Shown one piece after another: positions 34,560-47,945 of a DNA stretch of 64,000 nucleotides. Made by a program: the position numbers and the translations under genes. This DNA is from Macrostomum lignano (lineage: Eukaryota). The notes under the pieces are model-generated. The model was given only the letters and a program-made list of their open reading frames with translations. It was not told the origin of the DNA and ran no database searches. Positions within the stretch are counted from its first letter, which is position 1. Every line of letters begins with the position of its first letter. The DNA lies in assembly GCA_002269645.1 (NCBI GenBank), contig NIVC01002246.1, positions 186,001 through 250,000 on the forward strand, written 5' to 3'.

Positions 34560-35880
34560 TAGGAATAAGGTATCCCATATAGGATTGGGGAATCCCATGT
34601 AGGAATGGGATATCCCATATAGGATTGGGGAATCCCATGTAGGAATGAGGTATCCCATATAGGAATGGAAAATCTCATGTAGGAATGGGGCATCCGATGT
34701 AGGATTGGGGAATCCCATGTAGGAATGGGATATCCCATATAGGATTGGGGAATCCCATGTAGGAATGAGGTATCCCATATAGGAATGGGGAACCCCATGT
34801 AGGAATGGGGTATCCCATATAGGATTGGGGAATCCCATGTAGGAATGGGGAATCCCATGTAGGAATGGGGTATCCCATGTAGGAATGGGGTATCCCATGT
34901 AGGAATGGGGTATCCCATATAGGATTAGGAATCCCATGTAGGAATTGGGAATCCCATGTAGGAATGGGGTATCCCATATAGGATTGGGGAATCCCATGTA
35001 GGAATGGGGTATCCCATATAGGATTGGGGAACCCCATGTAGGAATGGGGTATCCCATATAGGATTGGGGAATCCCATGTAGGAATGGGGAATCCCATGTA
35101 GGAATGGGGTATCCCATATAGGATTGGGGAATCCCATGTAGGAATGGGGAATCCCATGTAGGAATGGGGTATCCCATATAGGATTGGGGAATCCCATGTA
35201 GGAATGAGGTATCCCATATAGGAATGGGGAACCCCATGTAGGAATGGGGTATCCCATATAGGATTGGGGAATCCCATGTAGGAATGGGGAATCCCATGTA
35301 GGAATGGGGTATCCCATGTAGGAATGGGGTATCCCATATAGGATTAGGAATCCCATGTAGGAATTGGGAATCCCATGTAGGAATGGGGTATCCCATATAG
35401 GATTGGGGAATCCCATGTAGGAATGGGGTATCCCATATAGGATTGGGGAACCCCATGTAGGAATGGGGTATCCCATATAGGATTGGGGAATCCCATGTAG
35501 GAATGGGGAATCCCATGTAGGAATGGGGTATCCCATATAGGATTGGGGAATCCCATGTAGGAATGGGGAATCCCATGTAGGAATGGGGAATCCCATGTAG
35601 GAATGGGGTATCCCATGTAGGATTGGGGAATCCCATGTAGGAATGGGGAACACCATGTAGGATTCGGGAATCCCATGTAGGAATGGGGTATCCCATATGG
35701 AAATGGAAAATCTCATGTAGGAATAGGGCATCCAATGTAGGATCGGGGAATCCCATGTAGGAATGAGGAATCCCATATAGGAATGGGGAATCCCATGTAG
35801 GAATGCGGAACACCATGTAGGAATGGGGAACACCATGTAGGATTCGGGAATCCCATGTAGGATTCGGGAATCCCATGAAG
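34560..35880. repeat. 20-bp minisatellite with internal palindrome ATGGG-N4-CCCAT
   Basis: ggaatgggg(a/t)atcccat(g/a)ta units. Confidence 0.95.
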
Positions 35881-36986
35881 TAATGGGGAATGGGGACAGT
35901 TAGCAAGGAATGGGTAATCACAATTGTGCTTCCTCACAGAAAAAGAATGTAATTTTCTTACATAACTACTTTGTAAGTAGTTTCGAGAGAAGCAAACACA
36001 AGTGGTATTCGTGCTTCGTTTTGTATTTTTGTTTGCAAACTAAAAGCAAAAACGGGGGCTTACACGGGTGAAGAGAAACCGAAAAGTTGGTTGAAAACTG
36101 AAGCAGCATAAAGGGGTGTTTTTTTGCGACAAATAAATACTTGCTGGACTGTCACCTCTTGTTCCGCTAAACGCACTGCGAGCCTCCAAGGTTTTACCAA
36201 CGTAATAATTGCAACTTGTTGCCAGCAAAAATTAACAAAGCAAAATGGTTATGGAGTTACAGGTATGCATAAAGAAATTATGACGAGTGGCAGCTGCATG
36301 TTACAAAAGCGTGCGAGAAAGGGGAACTTTACAAATATTTATATTAGGTACAGCAGGTACTTTACACACGCACCAGTGAGCGGCACAGCTAGAGTTTTCA
36401 GGGGGCGGAGTAAACAGTTTGTTAATATTAAATTATTTTTTAAAAATATCCGTTGACCAATTATAATATCATTGAAGTTGGAACTCTGATTATTGACACA
36501 TTAAAAAAATTATTTTTGACGCATTTAGACTGAAATTTGTTGAGATTGGCAATTTGGATTTGGACAAAACATATCGGCTGCGTTCAAATATATTGTTGAT
36601 TTAATCATTTTAATCAGGCCAGAAAAATTTATTAATCGAACAAATATTACTGATTATTATATATGATGATTATTAATAACATTTAATTTTCTGTAGTTGC
36701 AGGGATCCAGGGACACGGTTGCGACAGCTGTGCTTATTAATATTAACAAGTTACCAGAGCGAGACCATTGGGCAGAGAGACACAGGTGCTTTTGTCATTG
36801 CTTTCGGTGCAAAGCAAATATTAAATTCTTGGTCTTATCCTATAAAATCCTCAGCAAACGTAAACGGAGATCGTACACAAGCGATGGTTTTTAACCAGAT
36901 TGAGCTCTTCTTGTGCCTCTGGTTTTGGGGAGTTGAGCGAGAGCGAGTGTGCAGTCAAGAGAAGTGAAAATAATGATGGGAGAATG

Positions 36987-39900
36987 TCAGGACACTGGGA
37001 GCAGTTCCAAGCGCACAGCCAGAGGTATGTGGTCCGACGGGATGTAGGGGTGCGGACAGCCGATGACGCTGCCAGACCGTAGCCAGTCCGTGACGCCTTC
37101 CAGACAGTCTAGCACCCGGAAATGACGCTTTGATGCGAATATGTAGTCAATGACTCCTTTGAATTCGTGACTGTTTGGTGGGGTAACCAATCGGTGTTTT
37201 TTGTTGTGAGTTTAGTTTTCGAGAGTTGCGCAAAGTTACGGGTGATTTTACCTCGAGTGTATGCGTAGTTTATCCTTTGAATAATGGAATGTTTATCCTT
37301 AACATCCTGTGTTAAGTGCGTGTGTACTTTATTATAAGGGTAAGAGGGGTGTTTATTTCTCTTAAGTACAATTGTGCTCTATTCTAGGAAAATAGGGGTG
37401 TCTATTTATCTCGCTCAAGTGCATATGTACTTTATTCTGAGAGTTAGTGAGGTGTTCACTCTGGAAGGCGTACCTGTATGTACACTTAAAACTATCCACC
37501 TAACCTGATTGGGGTGTCCACCAACCAAACAAAACCGCTCACGTGTAGTTAGTGTAGGTCATGTCCACCCCGCTGTAGCAGGAGGCCAGATCCAGCGAAT
37601 GCGAGAAATTGCTGCTACTAGAAGCAGCCGCAGTCGTGGCAGCCGCCGGATCCTCAGAACTGGCCGGATTGTCCGGCAGCTTCAGGCCGTCCAAGGACGG
37701 GTCCCGGCCGAGCCGGCGAAACTCTGGGTGGTCGCGCTCGACCGAACCGCGGTTGAGAAACTCAATTACACCTGAGGTTCGGTTGAACAGTTTTAATAGT
37801 TTTTAGAACTTGGCCGATATGTATCGAAAGAACACTTTGTAACGTATGTAACGCTAGTAACCATTGATATGTCAAGTTTCAACTAAAGCAATGAAAAAGT
37901 ACAACGTCTACTCATTATCAGTAGTTTGTCCGCACAGTGTCACTTAACTTTTATTTGTCAGCTAAAATTTCCTTTCTTCAGGGTTAGCGGCTTCAGGAGC
38001 AATTGGGGTTAAAAATTAACAACACAATTAACTCGATATAAACAAATTAATGAAGCACATACGAAACTCTGCCTAGGGCCGGCCCATTCTGGCTCAGCCA
38101 ATGAGAGAGCAGTAAGGAGAGAGGTCAAAGTCAGTCGGACGATACTCAGTCTAGGGGGCAGGCACAATCTGGCTCAGCCAATGAGAGAGCAGTAAGTAGA
38201 GAGGGCAAAGTCAGTCGGACGATACTCAGTCTAGGGGGCAGGCACAATCTGGCTCAGCCAATGAGAAAGCAGTAAGTAGAGAGGGCAAAGTCAAACAGAC
38301 GAAACTCAGCCTAGGGGGGAGGCACAATCTGGCTCAGCCAATGAGAGAGCAGACACAAGCGGACAAGAGGAAAGCCTAACTGTTTATCGGCCTGGGCTTG
38401 TGGCTGGGACGCCATCCCTTTTCTTCTCTTGCTCGCTATGCACAATGCACTGGATTTGGGTGCAGCTTCAAGCAGGGGCTTGAAATTGTTGAAGCTTGTA
38501 AAACTAACATCTTGTAAATTTTTCATTACTTTTTTATTCGACAAAAAACGCCAATTGTACTACTGAAAAGAGTTGCCTAAGCGCATAATTCGATTCTGAC
38601 CCCTAGATGTTATGAAAATGAACAGGCAAGATAATCACAGTCGCTAACAGACGCTCACCAGAGTCGGGCAACGAGTTGAAATCGCCGCACAGAACCAGGG
38701 GCAGCGAGGCGGCCCCAGTGTTGGCCCTGAACTGTTTGATCTTAGCCGCCAAAGCGCTGGTGAGCACCACAGTTTGAATGAGCTTCACGTCCGAGTGCTG
38801 CGGGTCCCAGTGCATGTGCGAGGTGCACACCATCAGGCAAGAGTTTGCCTGACCTTTGGCCACCGGCGCCAGCACCACCGACAGGGCGATGTTGTCCCGG
38901 ACTGTGACCCGGTTGAAGATCTCGCTAGACGCTTTGCCTCGGAGCTGGGGGCCGGGAGATGGCGGCTGCGATTCCTCTTGACTTGGCTGCTGCTGCTGGG
39001 TCCAGCAGTGCTCAAGGTAGTGCTGACTGAACTCAATCACGTGCTCTTCTACTAGGCGAAATCTGCCAGAGGAAGCGCAGATGAGGAACTTTAGGGAGTC
39101 TGCTGAGCTCTCCACGGCTGGGTTTGAGCTGATGGGTCCACTCTGAGCCTCAGAGTACTCTTGTGTACTCTGACCCACTCCTGTCTACTCTGACCCACTC
39201 CTGTCTACTCTGACCCACTCCTGTCTACTCTGACCCACTCCTGTCTACTCTGACCCACTCCTGTCTACTCTGACCCACTCCTGTCTACTCTGACCCACTC
39301 CTGTCTACTCTGACCCACTCCTGTCTACTCTGACCCACTCCTGTCTACTCTGACCCACTCCTGTCTACTCTGACCCACTCATGTGTACTCTGACCCACTC
39401 CTGTGTACTCTGACCCACTCATGTGTACTCTGACCCACTCCTGTCTACTCTGACCCACTCCTGTCTACTCTGACCCACTCCTGTCTACTCTGACCCACTC
39501 CTGTCTACTCTGACCCACTTTTGTCTACTCTGACCCACTCCTGCATACTCTGACCCACTCCTGTCTACTCTGACCCACCCCTGTCCACTCTGACCCACTC
39601 CTGTCTACTCTGACCCACTCCTGTCTACTCTGACCCACTCCTGTCTACTCTGACCCACTCCTGTCTACTCTGACCCACTCATGTGTACTCTGACCCACTT
39701 TTGTCTACTCTGATCCACTTTTGTCTACTCTGACCCACTCCTGTGTACTCTGACCCACTCCTGTGTACTCTGACCCACTCCTGTGTACTCTGACCCACTC
39801 CTGTCTACTCTGACCCACTCCTGTCTACTCTGACCCACTCCTGTCCACTCTGACCCACCGAGATCCACCAAAATACAGACTAAAGCGCCATTAGCTAGGT

Positions 39901-41160
39901 CAAATGTTGAAATCAAGAAGCAGTAGCTACTAACGACTCTTTTGAAACTTGAAGAGTCATATGGAAAGGGTAAAGCTGACTCATTCCCCCGGTTGACCCT
40001 CTTGACTTGAACGCAGAAATGAGTCACTAATAGCATATACTGTAAGTTACTGTTGGAGTTGCCAGAATTTTTTTCTATTTTTTCTATATCTCCCGTTTTT
40101 GGGAGAGACAAAATGCATGTTTAAACTCCCTTACTCGCTTCGTTTCCAAAAGATCGCACAGCCGTCCACTCGCTTTCTCAGCCGGTCGTCCATGGTCTTG
40201 GCCCGAGATTTCGGCGAAAAAATACCGTCATATCCACGCCGCGTCAGGTGAGGTAGAAAAAACGAATAATACTGCTCGGTTTCCACTTCCTGCGGAGCGA
40301 TCGAGTCACGTGATGCATTCGTCATGTCATGATTTCAATGCTAACGCTAGGCATATTTGATTCCAGTACAGCTCTAAGAGATTAGAGCATAGACCGCTAA
40401 AACTGGACGGTGCAATCAGCTAAGTAATTAAGCAAGTAGCTCATAACAAACCAAGCGGAGATTTTGATTTTAAGATATCACGTGATCGATAGGGCTGTAG
40501 ATAGTGGGGTCTTGGTTTTTAAAGTCAAGTGAATCATTTATCAGGCTACAGCCCTGCGGCAGGCGAGCGGAGTGAGGTGGGTGTTAAATAGTTAAAGTCA
40601 CGTGATTTATTTACTATCAAGCTACAGCCCTGCGGCAGGCGAGCGGAGTGAGGTGGGTGTTAAATAGTTAAAGTCACGTGATTTATTTACTATCAGGCTA
40701 CAGCCCTGCGGCAGGCGAGCGGAGTGAGGTGGGTGTTAAATAGTTAAAGTCACGTGATTTATTTCTAATCAGGCTACAGCCCTGCGGCAGGCGAGCGGAG
40801 TGAGGTGGGTGTTAAATAGTTAAAGTCACGTGGTTTATTTATTATCAGGCTACAGAGGAGCGGCTGGTGAGCGGAGTGAGGCGGGTGCTTGATCGTCAAA
40901 TTCACGCGATTATCATATCGTGAGCGCAATTTTCACCTGCAGGCAGACAACGGTGGGCAGCTGAGCGCTGATGTTCTCCAGAATACCTTGGCGCCTGAAA
41001 GACCAGGCCAGGGCCCAGGGCGGGCAGTACCAGTAGCTCTTGGACGAGGCGTACTGATCGCTGAGGATGTTGTAGCACATCAAGGTGAACAGAAGAACGC
41101 TGCTGGCGCTTTTGCTGGCCAGATGGCGCCATTTCGGACAGGGCGGCTTCATCTGGGCGA
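36987..41160 (-). CDS. CNOT6: CCR4/CNOT6-type EEP deadenylase domain; exons 41160-40937, 40289-40135, 39062-38659, 37771-37543, 37170-36987
   Basis: MCYNIL, YCPPWAL.W, CLQEVE, PKSRAKTM...VDGCAIFW, HWDP..SDVKLIQ, CGDFNSLPDSG, IDYIF, PSDH; phases join consistently. Confidence 0.92.
38085..38345. repeat. 80-bp tandem repeat containing CCAAT
   Basis: ctggctcagccaatgag recurs every 80 bp. Confidence 0.9.
39165..39858. repeat. 20-bp minisatellite
   Basis: actctgacccactcctgtct units. Confidence 0.95.
40540..40890. repeat. 76-bp tandem repeat with GGAGTGAGGTGGGTG and TCACGTGA
   Basis: gctacagccctgcggcaggcgagcggagtgaggtgggtgttaaatagttaaagtcacgtg units. Confidence 0.9.
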
Positions 41161-41614
41161 CTGAAACAGAGTTTCGTTCAGTGCAATTACCTTGTAGCAA
41201 CAAAATTTTCCCTGGCGCATAATATTAGTCTGACATCCAGAGTATCACCCCTCACACCCAAAGCCTATGGTTTTGTTTATTTGAATTGCGGCGCTCAGAT
41301 TCAGACCATGGTGCGGCGATCATTGTGCTCAATGAAAACACCAAACAGCAGAGCTACAAATCACCGAGTTCAGGTTGCTGTGTAGCGGCCTGGATTTGAA
41401 TTTAGCTGAGCTGAACTGGCGGCAGATTGCGTGTTTGGCGCGATTTAGTAAAAGTACACGAAATCGGATTAAACATACATAATAACAGGAAAATATCGGA
41501 TTAGACTGCTGCTGCATTGGAGAGTTTTGGAATCGTATAAATCTGCTTTTGTAGAAAGTTAGTCTGCTTTTAAGTCTATTCATAGCATAGAATTGAGGGC
41601 TGGTCACTGCCTGG

Positions 41615-42320
41615 TCATAGAGGGCTAGCTTCCGTTTGGTCATAAAGGGGTAGCTTCCATCTGGTCATAAAGGGGTGGCTTCCATCTGGTCATAGAGGGT
41701 TAGCTTCCATCTGGTCATAGAGGGGTAGCTTCCATCTGGTCATAGAGGGTTAGCTTCCATCTGGTCATAGAGGGGTAGCTTCCATCTGGTCATAGAGGGG
41801 TAGCTTCCATCTAGTCATAGAGGGGTAGCTTCCATCTGGTCATAGAGGCTTAGCTTCCATCTGGTTATAGAGGGGTAGCTTCCATCTAGTCATAGAGGGT
41901 TAGCTTCCATCTGGTTATAGAGGGTTGGCTTCCTTCTAGTCATAGAGGGTTACCTTCCATCTGGTTATAGAGGGTTAGCTTCCATCTAGTCATAGAGGGG
42001 TAGCTTCCATCTAGTCATAGAGGGTTGGCTTCCATCTAGTCATAGAGGGTTGGCTTCCTTCTAGTCATAGAGGGTTGGCTTCCATCTAGTCATAGAGGGT
42101 TACCTTCCATCTGGTTATAGAGGGTTAGCTTCCATCTAGTCATAGAGGGGTAGCTTCCATCTGGTCATAGAGGGTTGGCTTCCATCTAGTCATAGAGGGT
42201 TGGCTTCCATCTAGTCATAGAGGGGTAGCTTCCATCTAGTCATAGAGGGGTAGCTTCCATCTGGTCATAGAGGGTTAGCTTTCATCTGGTCATAGAGGGG
42301 TAGCTTTCATCTGGTTATCG
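41615..42320. repeat. 25-bp minisatellite
   Basis: tagcttccatct(g/a)gtcatagaggg units. Confidence 0.95.
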
Positions 42321-42879
42321 AGGATTTAATCTGGTCATAGTGGTTGACTCTGCAAACTGGTCATAGAGGTCTGGCTTCAATTTAGTCATAAATCGAAACG
42401 ATAAATTTGTCCCTACTGTGGCCAACATTGAATTCGGAGTCAATGTTTCAAGAAAGTAGTTACTACAAACTGATTTACTAGCAAACAGCAAGCTCTGAGG
42501 AAATATGCGTGCTGTCACGGAAAAGCGCCTCCCCCCCCCCAGAGCAGAGCAGTTCGAGGGCAATTTTTTACGGTTTAAACATAGCGCGGTGCATACAGCT
42601 TGAGAAAAAGTAGCGTTGCAACTCAAATTCCTTATCAGACTTGACTTTTATGGGCCACTGCGCCAACTTGCCGTTTTGAGAACCGCGCATGGGACTCCAA
42701 AGCTTGGGAGGGGCGCGGGTGCTGCAGAACGGCATGAGATAAGACAAATGGCTACTCACTGAGCTTCTGGGCCTACTCTGCAGTGTGCTCAACCCAGGGA
42801 ACTATAATTCTATAAGCTGGCATGTGTGTCTCTTACTCTCCTTCCACTCCATCTAATATCTGCTTTTCTCTCTAGGTCT

Positions 42880-43330
42880 CCAGTTCCCACATCTAATCTC
42901 TCCCCTCTGTCTCCAGTTCCCACAACCAATCTCTCACATCTAACCTCTCCCCTCTATCTCTAATCACATCTCTAACCTCTCCCCTCTGTCTCCACTCCAA
43001 TCTCTAACCTCTCCCCTCTGTCTCTACATGCCACATCTAATCTCTCCCCTGTCTCTACCTGCCGCATCTAATCTCTCCCCTGTCTCTACCTGCCATATCT
43101 AATCTCTCCCCTGTCTCTACCTGCCGCATCTAATCTCTCCCCTGTCTCTACATGCCGCATCTAATCTCTCCCCTGTCTCTACCTGCCACATCTACTCTCT
43201 CCCCTGTCTCTACCTGCCGCATCTAATCTCTCCCCTGTCTCTACCTGCCGCATCTAATCTCTCCCCTGTCTCTACCTGCCGCATCTAATCTCTCCCCTGT
43301 CTCTACCTGCCGCATCTAATCTCTCCCTAG
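42880..43330. repeat. 31-bp pyrimidine-rich minisatellite
   Basis: catctaatctctcccctgtctctacctgccg units. Confidence 0.9.
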
Positions 43331-43908
43331 CACAGGCACTCGAGATTAAGTGAGAGATCACAAGCACAACAACCAGAAAGCCGCAATGCCACCAGACAAC
43401 ACGTGACGGACTGCCGCACTGACCCCAGCCTGCCGGGAGCCTCATGGGAGTCGCGGGTGCAGTTTCATTGTGCCAGCAATCCAGGGCACTCCAGACCAGT
43501 CCATTGAAATGCGATTTATGGATTGAAAATGAAGAATCCAAAACTGGCGAAGTCTTTCAGATAGTCGAGCTGAAGCAGAGGGGTTGTCTCTTGAGTAGTC
43601 AAGTAAAGAAAATAGAAATAAAAGCTCTTCCACAACCCCTACTAAAAGCAATAGTGTTGCAGAAAGAATTTCAAGCATTTCGTCTCCCCTCCGCTACCCC
43701 AGGGCAACCTGGCCAAGACTCTTGGAAAGCAACAAAAAGCCAAACAAGTCTCAATTCCTGTTGTTTCAAACTAAGCCATTGCGCTGCCCTAAACTTACTA
43801 TATAGTGTAGGAAATGCTTCCGCGCGCTGCTTTCGAGGAGTTACACAGGAAAGAGTTGAAAAATTGTCACGTGGTTTTATAAGCTGCAGCAAGAGTCGGA
43901 CAGAGGCA

Positions 43909-43911
<3 letters not shown>

Positions 43912-43989
<78 letters not shown>
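43912..43989. repeat. (GA)n microsatellite
   Basis: Direct inspection. Confidence 0.95.
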
Positions 43990-43991
<2 letters not shown>

Positions 43992-44129
43992 AGCTTAGCG
44001 TCCGCCCCTGGCTAGGGAGCAGTCATCAAAAGCCTAAAAATAATAAGCATGCCCGGCATGCCATGGCCGAAAATTTATTGTTTTGTTATAGTATAAGAGC
44101 GTTCATATAGTGTGACAAATTGAATGCTA

Positions 44130-44455
44130 AACAGGGTGACAAATAGAGTGAAAGACAGAGTGACAAATGGAGTGCTAAACAGAGTGCTAAAAATAGCATG
44201 CTAAACAGAGTGACTACTGGATGACAAATAGTGATTCATAGAGTGATAATAGGGTGATGAGCAGAGTGAAAATTAAGAGTGCTAAACAGAGTGACTACTG
44301 GATGACAAATAGAGTGATTCATAGAGTGATAATAGGGTGATGAGCAGAGTGAAAAGTAAGAGTGCTAAACAGAGTGACTACTGGATGACAAATAGAGTGA
44401 TTCATAGAGTGATAATAGGGTGATGAGCAGAGTTAAAAGTAAGAGTGCTAAACAG
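44130..44455. repeat. ~82-bp tandem repeat
   Basis: gctaaacagagtgactact at 44200, 44281, 44364. Confidence 0.85.
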
Positions 44456-44825
44456 AGTCCTACCCAGGTTGATGGGGCAGCTATGCAGAATGCCAGGAGC
44501 ATTAGTAAATATAAGCTTTCCCATAACGACACGCTTGTTTGTCGAAAAAAAAACTACTCAGACCGCCAGCAGCATCAAGCAGAAGTCCCATCATTTCAAT
44601 GCCCCATCAAAGCAGATTACTTTTCAGGGATCTTTCACGTCTCTAATTTCCCTAATCTCTTTTACTCAGATGGACAACATATATACTTATCAAGCACGTG
44701 TGTTCAATACACAAACAGACTCGAATCGAAATGAAATCTGATACTCAAAAAGTTTTTTCCGCCCTACTTTTTACATTTTGCCACCTCTATTTGACCCATT
44801 TGAATAAGGATATGTATCAAGCTCC

Positions 44826-45450
44826 ACTGTCCTTCCAATCCAAGGACTGTCCTTCCAATCCATGGACTGTCCTTCAAAACCATGGACTGTCCTTCCAATC
44901 CAAGGACTGTCCTTCCAATCCATGGACTGTCCTTCAAAACCATGGACTATCCTTCCAATCCAAGGACTGTCCTTCCAATCCAAGGACTGTCCTTCCAATC
45001 CATGGACTGTCCTTCAAAACCATGGACTGTCCTTCCAATCCAAGGACTGTCCTTCCAATCCAAGGACTGTCCTTCCAATCCATGGACTGTCCTTCAAAAC
45101 CATGGACTGTCCTTCAAAACCATGGACTGTCCTTCCAATCCAAGGACTGTCCTTCCAATCCATGGACTGTCCTTCCAATCCAAGGACTTTCCTTCTAAAC
45201 CATGGACTGTCCTTCCAATCCAAGGACTGTCCTTCCAATCCAAGGACTGTCCTTCCAATCCAAGGACTGTCCTTCCAATCCATGGACTGTCCTTCCAATC
45301 CATGGACTGTCCTTCCAATCCAAGGACTGTCCTTCCAATCCAAGGACTGTCCTTCCAATCCAAGGACTGTCCTTCCAATCCATGGACTGTCCTTCCAATC
45401 CAAGGACTGTCCTTCTAAATCATGGACTGTCTTTCCAGCCCAAAGACTGT
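44826..45450 (+). repeat. 20-bp minisatellite GGACTGTCCTTCCAATCCA(T/A)
   Basis: Homogeneous units. Confidence 0.95.
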
Positions 45451-45794
45451 TAGTCCAATACAAGGACCCCTGCCCACGCTGTGTACCCGGTGAGGACAAA
45501 GCGATAAACATTTGGCAAATCGCACAGATCGTGGGACCGCCGTTCTCTCGTACAGTATAGAAGTGCACACGTTCGATTTGATCAATTAACAGTTTACTGC
45601 CAGCCCTGAGTGGGGTATTGTGGCAGGAATCGGTTCCACTTCCTGTTGTGACCGCGCGCTTCCCTGTTGCAGTCTTAACCCAGATCGCTGGCGGTCCAGT
45701 TCTAGAAAATATTTTTCTCGCTTCTTATTTTCATAACCGCATTGTTGTTTCCTCAAGAACTTCTGCTTCTTTCTTGGTTCTCTTGACTCCCTTC

Positions 45795-46570
45795 TCTGTT
45801 CTATCTTGTCTCTGTTCTATCTTGTCTCTGTTCTATCTTGTCTCTGTTCTATCTTGTCTCTGTTCTATCTTGTCTCTGTTCTATCTTGTCTCTGTTCTAT
45901 CTTGTCTCTGTTCTATCTCTTCTCTGTTCTATCTTGTCTCTGTTCTATCTCTTCTCTGTTCTATCTTGTCTCTGTTCTATCTTGTCTCTGTTCTATCTTG
46001 TCTCTGTTCTATCTCTTCTCTGTTCTATCTTGTCTCTGTTCTATCTTGTCTCTGTTCTATCTCTTCTCTGTTCTATCTTGTCTCTGTTCTATCTTGTCTC
46101 TGTTCTATCTTGTCTCTGTTCTATCTCTTCTCTGTTCTATCTTGTCTCTGTTCTATCTCTTCTCTGTTCTATCTTGTCTCTGTTCTATCTCTTCTCTGTT
46201 CTATCTTGTCTCTGTTCTATCTCTTCTCTGTTCTATCTTGTCTCTGTTCTATCTCTTCTCTGTTCTATCTTGTCTCTGTTCTATCTCTTCTCTGTTCTAT
46301 CTTGTCTCTGTTCTATCTCTTCTCTGTTCTATCTTGTCTCTGTTCTATCTCTTCTCTGTTCTATCTTGTCTCTGTTCTATCTTGTCTCTGTTCTATCTCT
46401 TCTCTGTTCTATCTTGTCTCTGTTCTATCTCTTCTCTGTTCTATCTTGTCTCTGTTCTACCTCTTCTCTGTTCTATCTCTTCTCCGTTCTATCTCTTCTG
46501 TTATATCTCTTCTGTTATATCTCTTCTCCGTTCTATCTCTTCTCTGTTCTATCTCTTCTGTTATATCTCT
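45795..46570. repeat. 16-bp pyrimidine-rich minisatellite, two variants
   Basis: tctgttctatcttgtc and tctgttctatctcttc units. Confidence 0.95.
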
Positions 46571-46699
46571 CTATCTCCATTCTTTCTCGTATCCATTTGT
46601 AGCGCTCTTAGTTTATCTCTTTTCCTGCTATCACTCTCGCAGTCTTTATGTCGCACAAGAGAGTGAATAAATAAAAAATGTAAATCTCCAGAAACTCAC

Positions 46700-47729
46700 A
46701 CTGCTCGAGATCAACAATGGGCACCATGCAGGTCCGCCAGGACGCCAGATAGTCCGAGTGTCTTGGAACGCACAGCGGGTTCTGAACCTGCACAAATGGC
46801 TGCTGCTGCTGCAGTTGCTGCTTCACACTCTGCTGATAGCGAGCCAGGTGTGCAGCCGTGGCGGCAGCCGCGGCAGCAGCAGCCGAGGTTGCCGGCTCGT
46901 TCGACCCAGTAAAGGCCACCTCAGCCCGGACGCCTTTGTCCATGGCCGACTGGCTGAGGTCCAGGCTGACGGGGTTGCTCAGCAGATGGTAGGCCGAGCC
47001 GCTGGTCCTGGAGATGTACGCCATCGCGTGAGGCCGGTGCTGCAGCTGGGCTGGCAGAGCGTGAAATCCGCGGCACGTTGAGCATCCGGCTTGATGGTGG
47101 CGCCGAAGGTGCTGGGCCACTGTGGAGGCTGTGGTGGCAGCAACCGACGGTGCTGTGGTCACGGCAGAAGCAAGCACAATGGGAGTGCCGCTAACGAAGT
47201 GCACCTGCTGCTGCTGCTGCTGCTGGTGACTGCAGCTGGTGGCGGACAAGTTGTTGCGGATAATTCTAACCGCGGCCACACCAGCTGGCAGGTTGCTGGC
47301 CTGCTGCATGCTGGCAGTCACCCAGGCCGTCTGGTTGTTCAGGCGCTGAGCTGCGGTCGACGTTACAGTCGTCGCCGGACTCTGGCTCGCGATGACGTCA
47401 GCGCAGTTGAAGTCTGACGATGACCTTCTGACATTGGACTTCGGGTCGGATTGGCTGAACGTCTTCAGGCTGCTCAACAGCACCTCCGCCTTGCGGCGCT
47501 TCCGGACAGAGGGCAGGTCCACCGCTCTGCCGCTGCTGCCGCCGTCACCCTCCCCGACAACCGTTTCCGCTGGTGCCGACGACGCGACGGTCGTTGGATC
47601 GACATTCTCCACGGCCGAGATCGACAGTCGCTGATTGCTGCTCCATAGCAACTGGACGCATTCGTCATCTTCCGTAGCTGCTTCCTGCTGTTGCTGGGCC
47701 TGCAGCAGCATGCAGTGGCTGTCTTGCAT
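46700..47729 (-). CDS. Large Q/A/S/T-rich first coding exon (~343 aa, NLS-like RKRRK), possibly the N-terminus of the CCR4-like gene
   Basis: Open frame from ATG 47729 to a strong gtgagt donor after 46700 (phase 1); promoter-like motifs just upstream. Confidence 0.65.
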
Positions 47730-47859
47730 TACAATTAGCTCAGTGTTTAGCGAGATTTTAGTTGCAAGGAAACTGTTGCCAATTTCTAATACGGCCGTCC
47801 GGCGATACAGTCGCAAATGCTTAAATACGCGGGCCGAAACAAACACATTCGAGAGCTCA

Positions 47860-47945
47860 CCTGACGCAGTATTGGCTGCCTCATGCTTGAGTCACTGCAC
47901 CGGTACTCTGCGCTGCTATTGGCTGAGACCCGATCCAATAGCTAA
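47860..47945 (-). promoter_or_regulatory. Candidate promoter: CCAAT boxes, TGAGTCA and TGACGCA elements
   Basis: attgg twice, ccaat, tgagtca and tgacgca clustered ~130-210 bp upstream of ATG 47729. Confidence 0.45.

Noticed and set aside
41193-46600. LRR exons for the CCR4-like gene
   Set aside because: No LxxLxLxxN periodicity seen in the non-repetitive - strand frames I inspected
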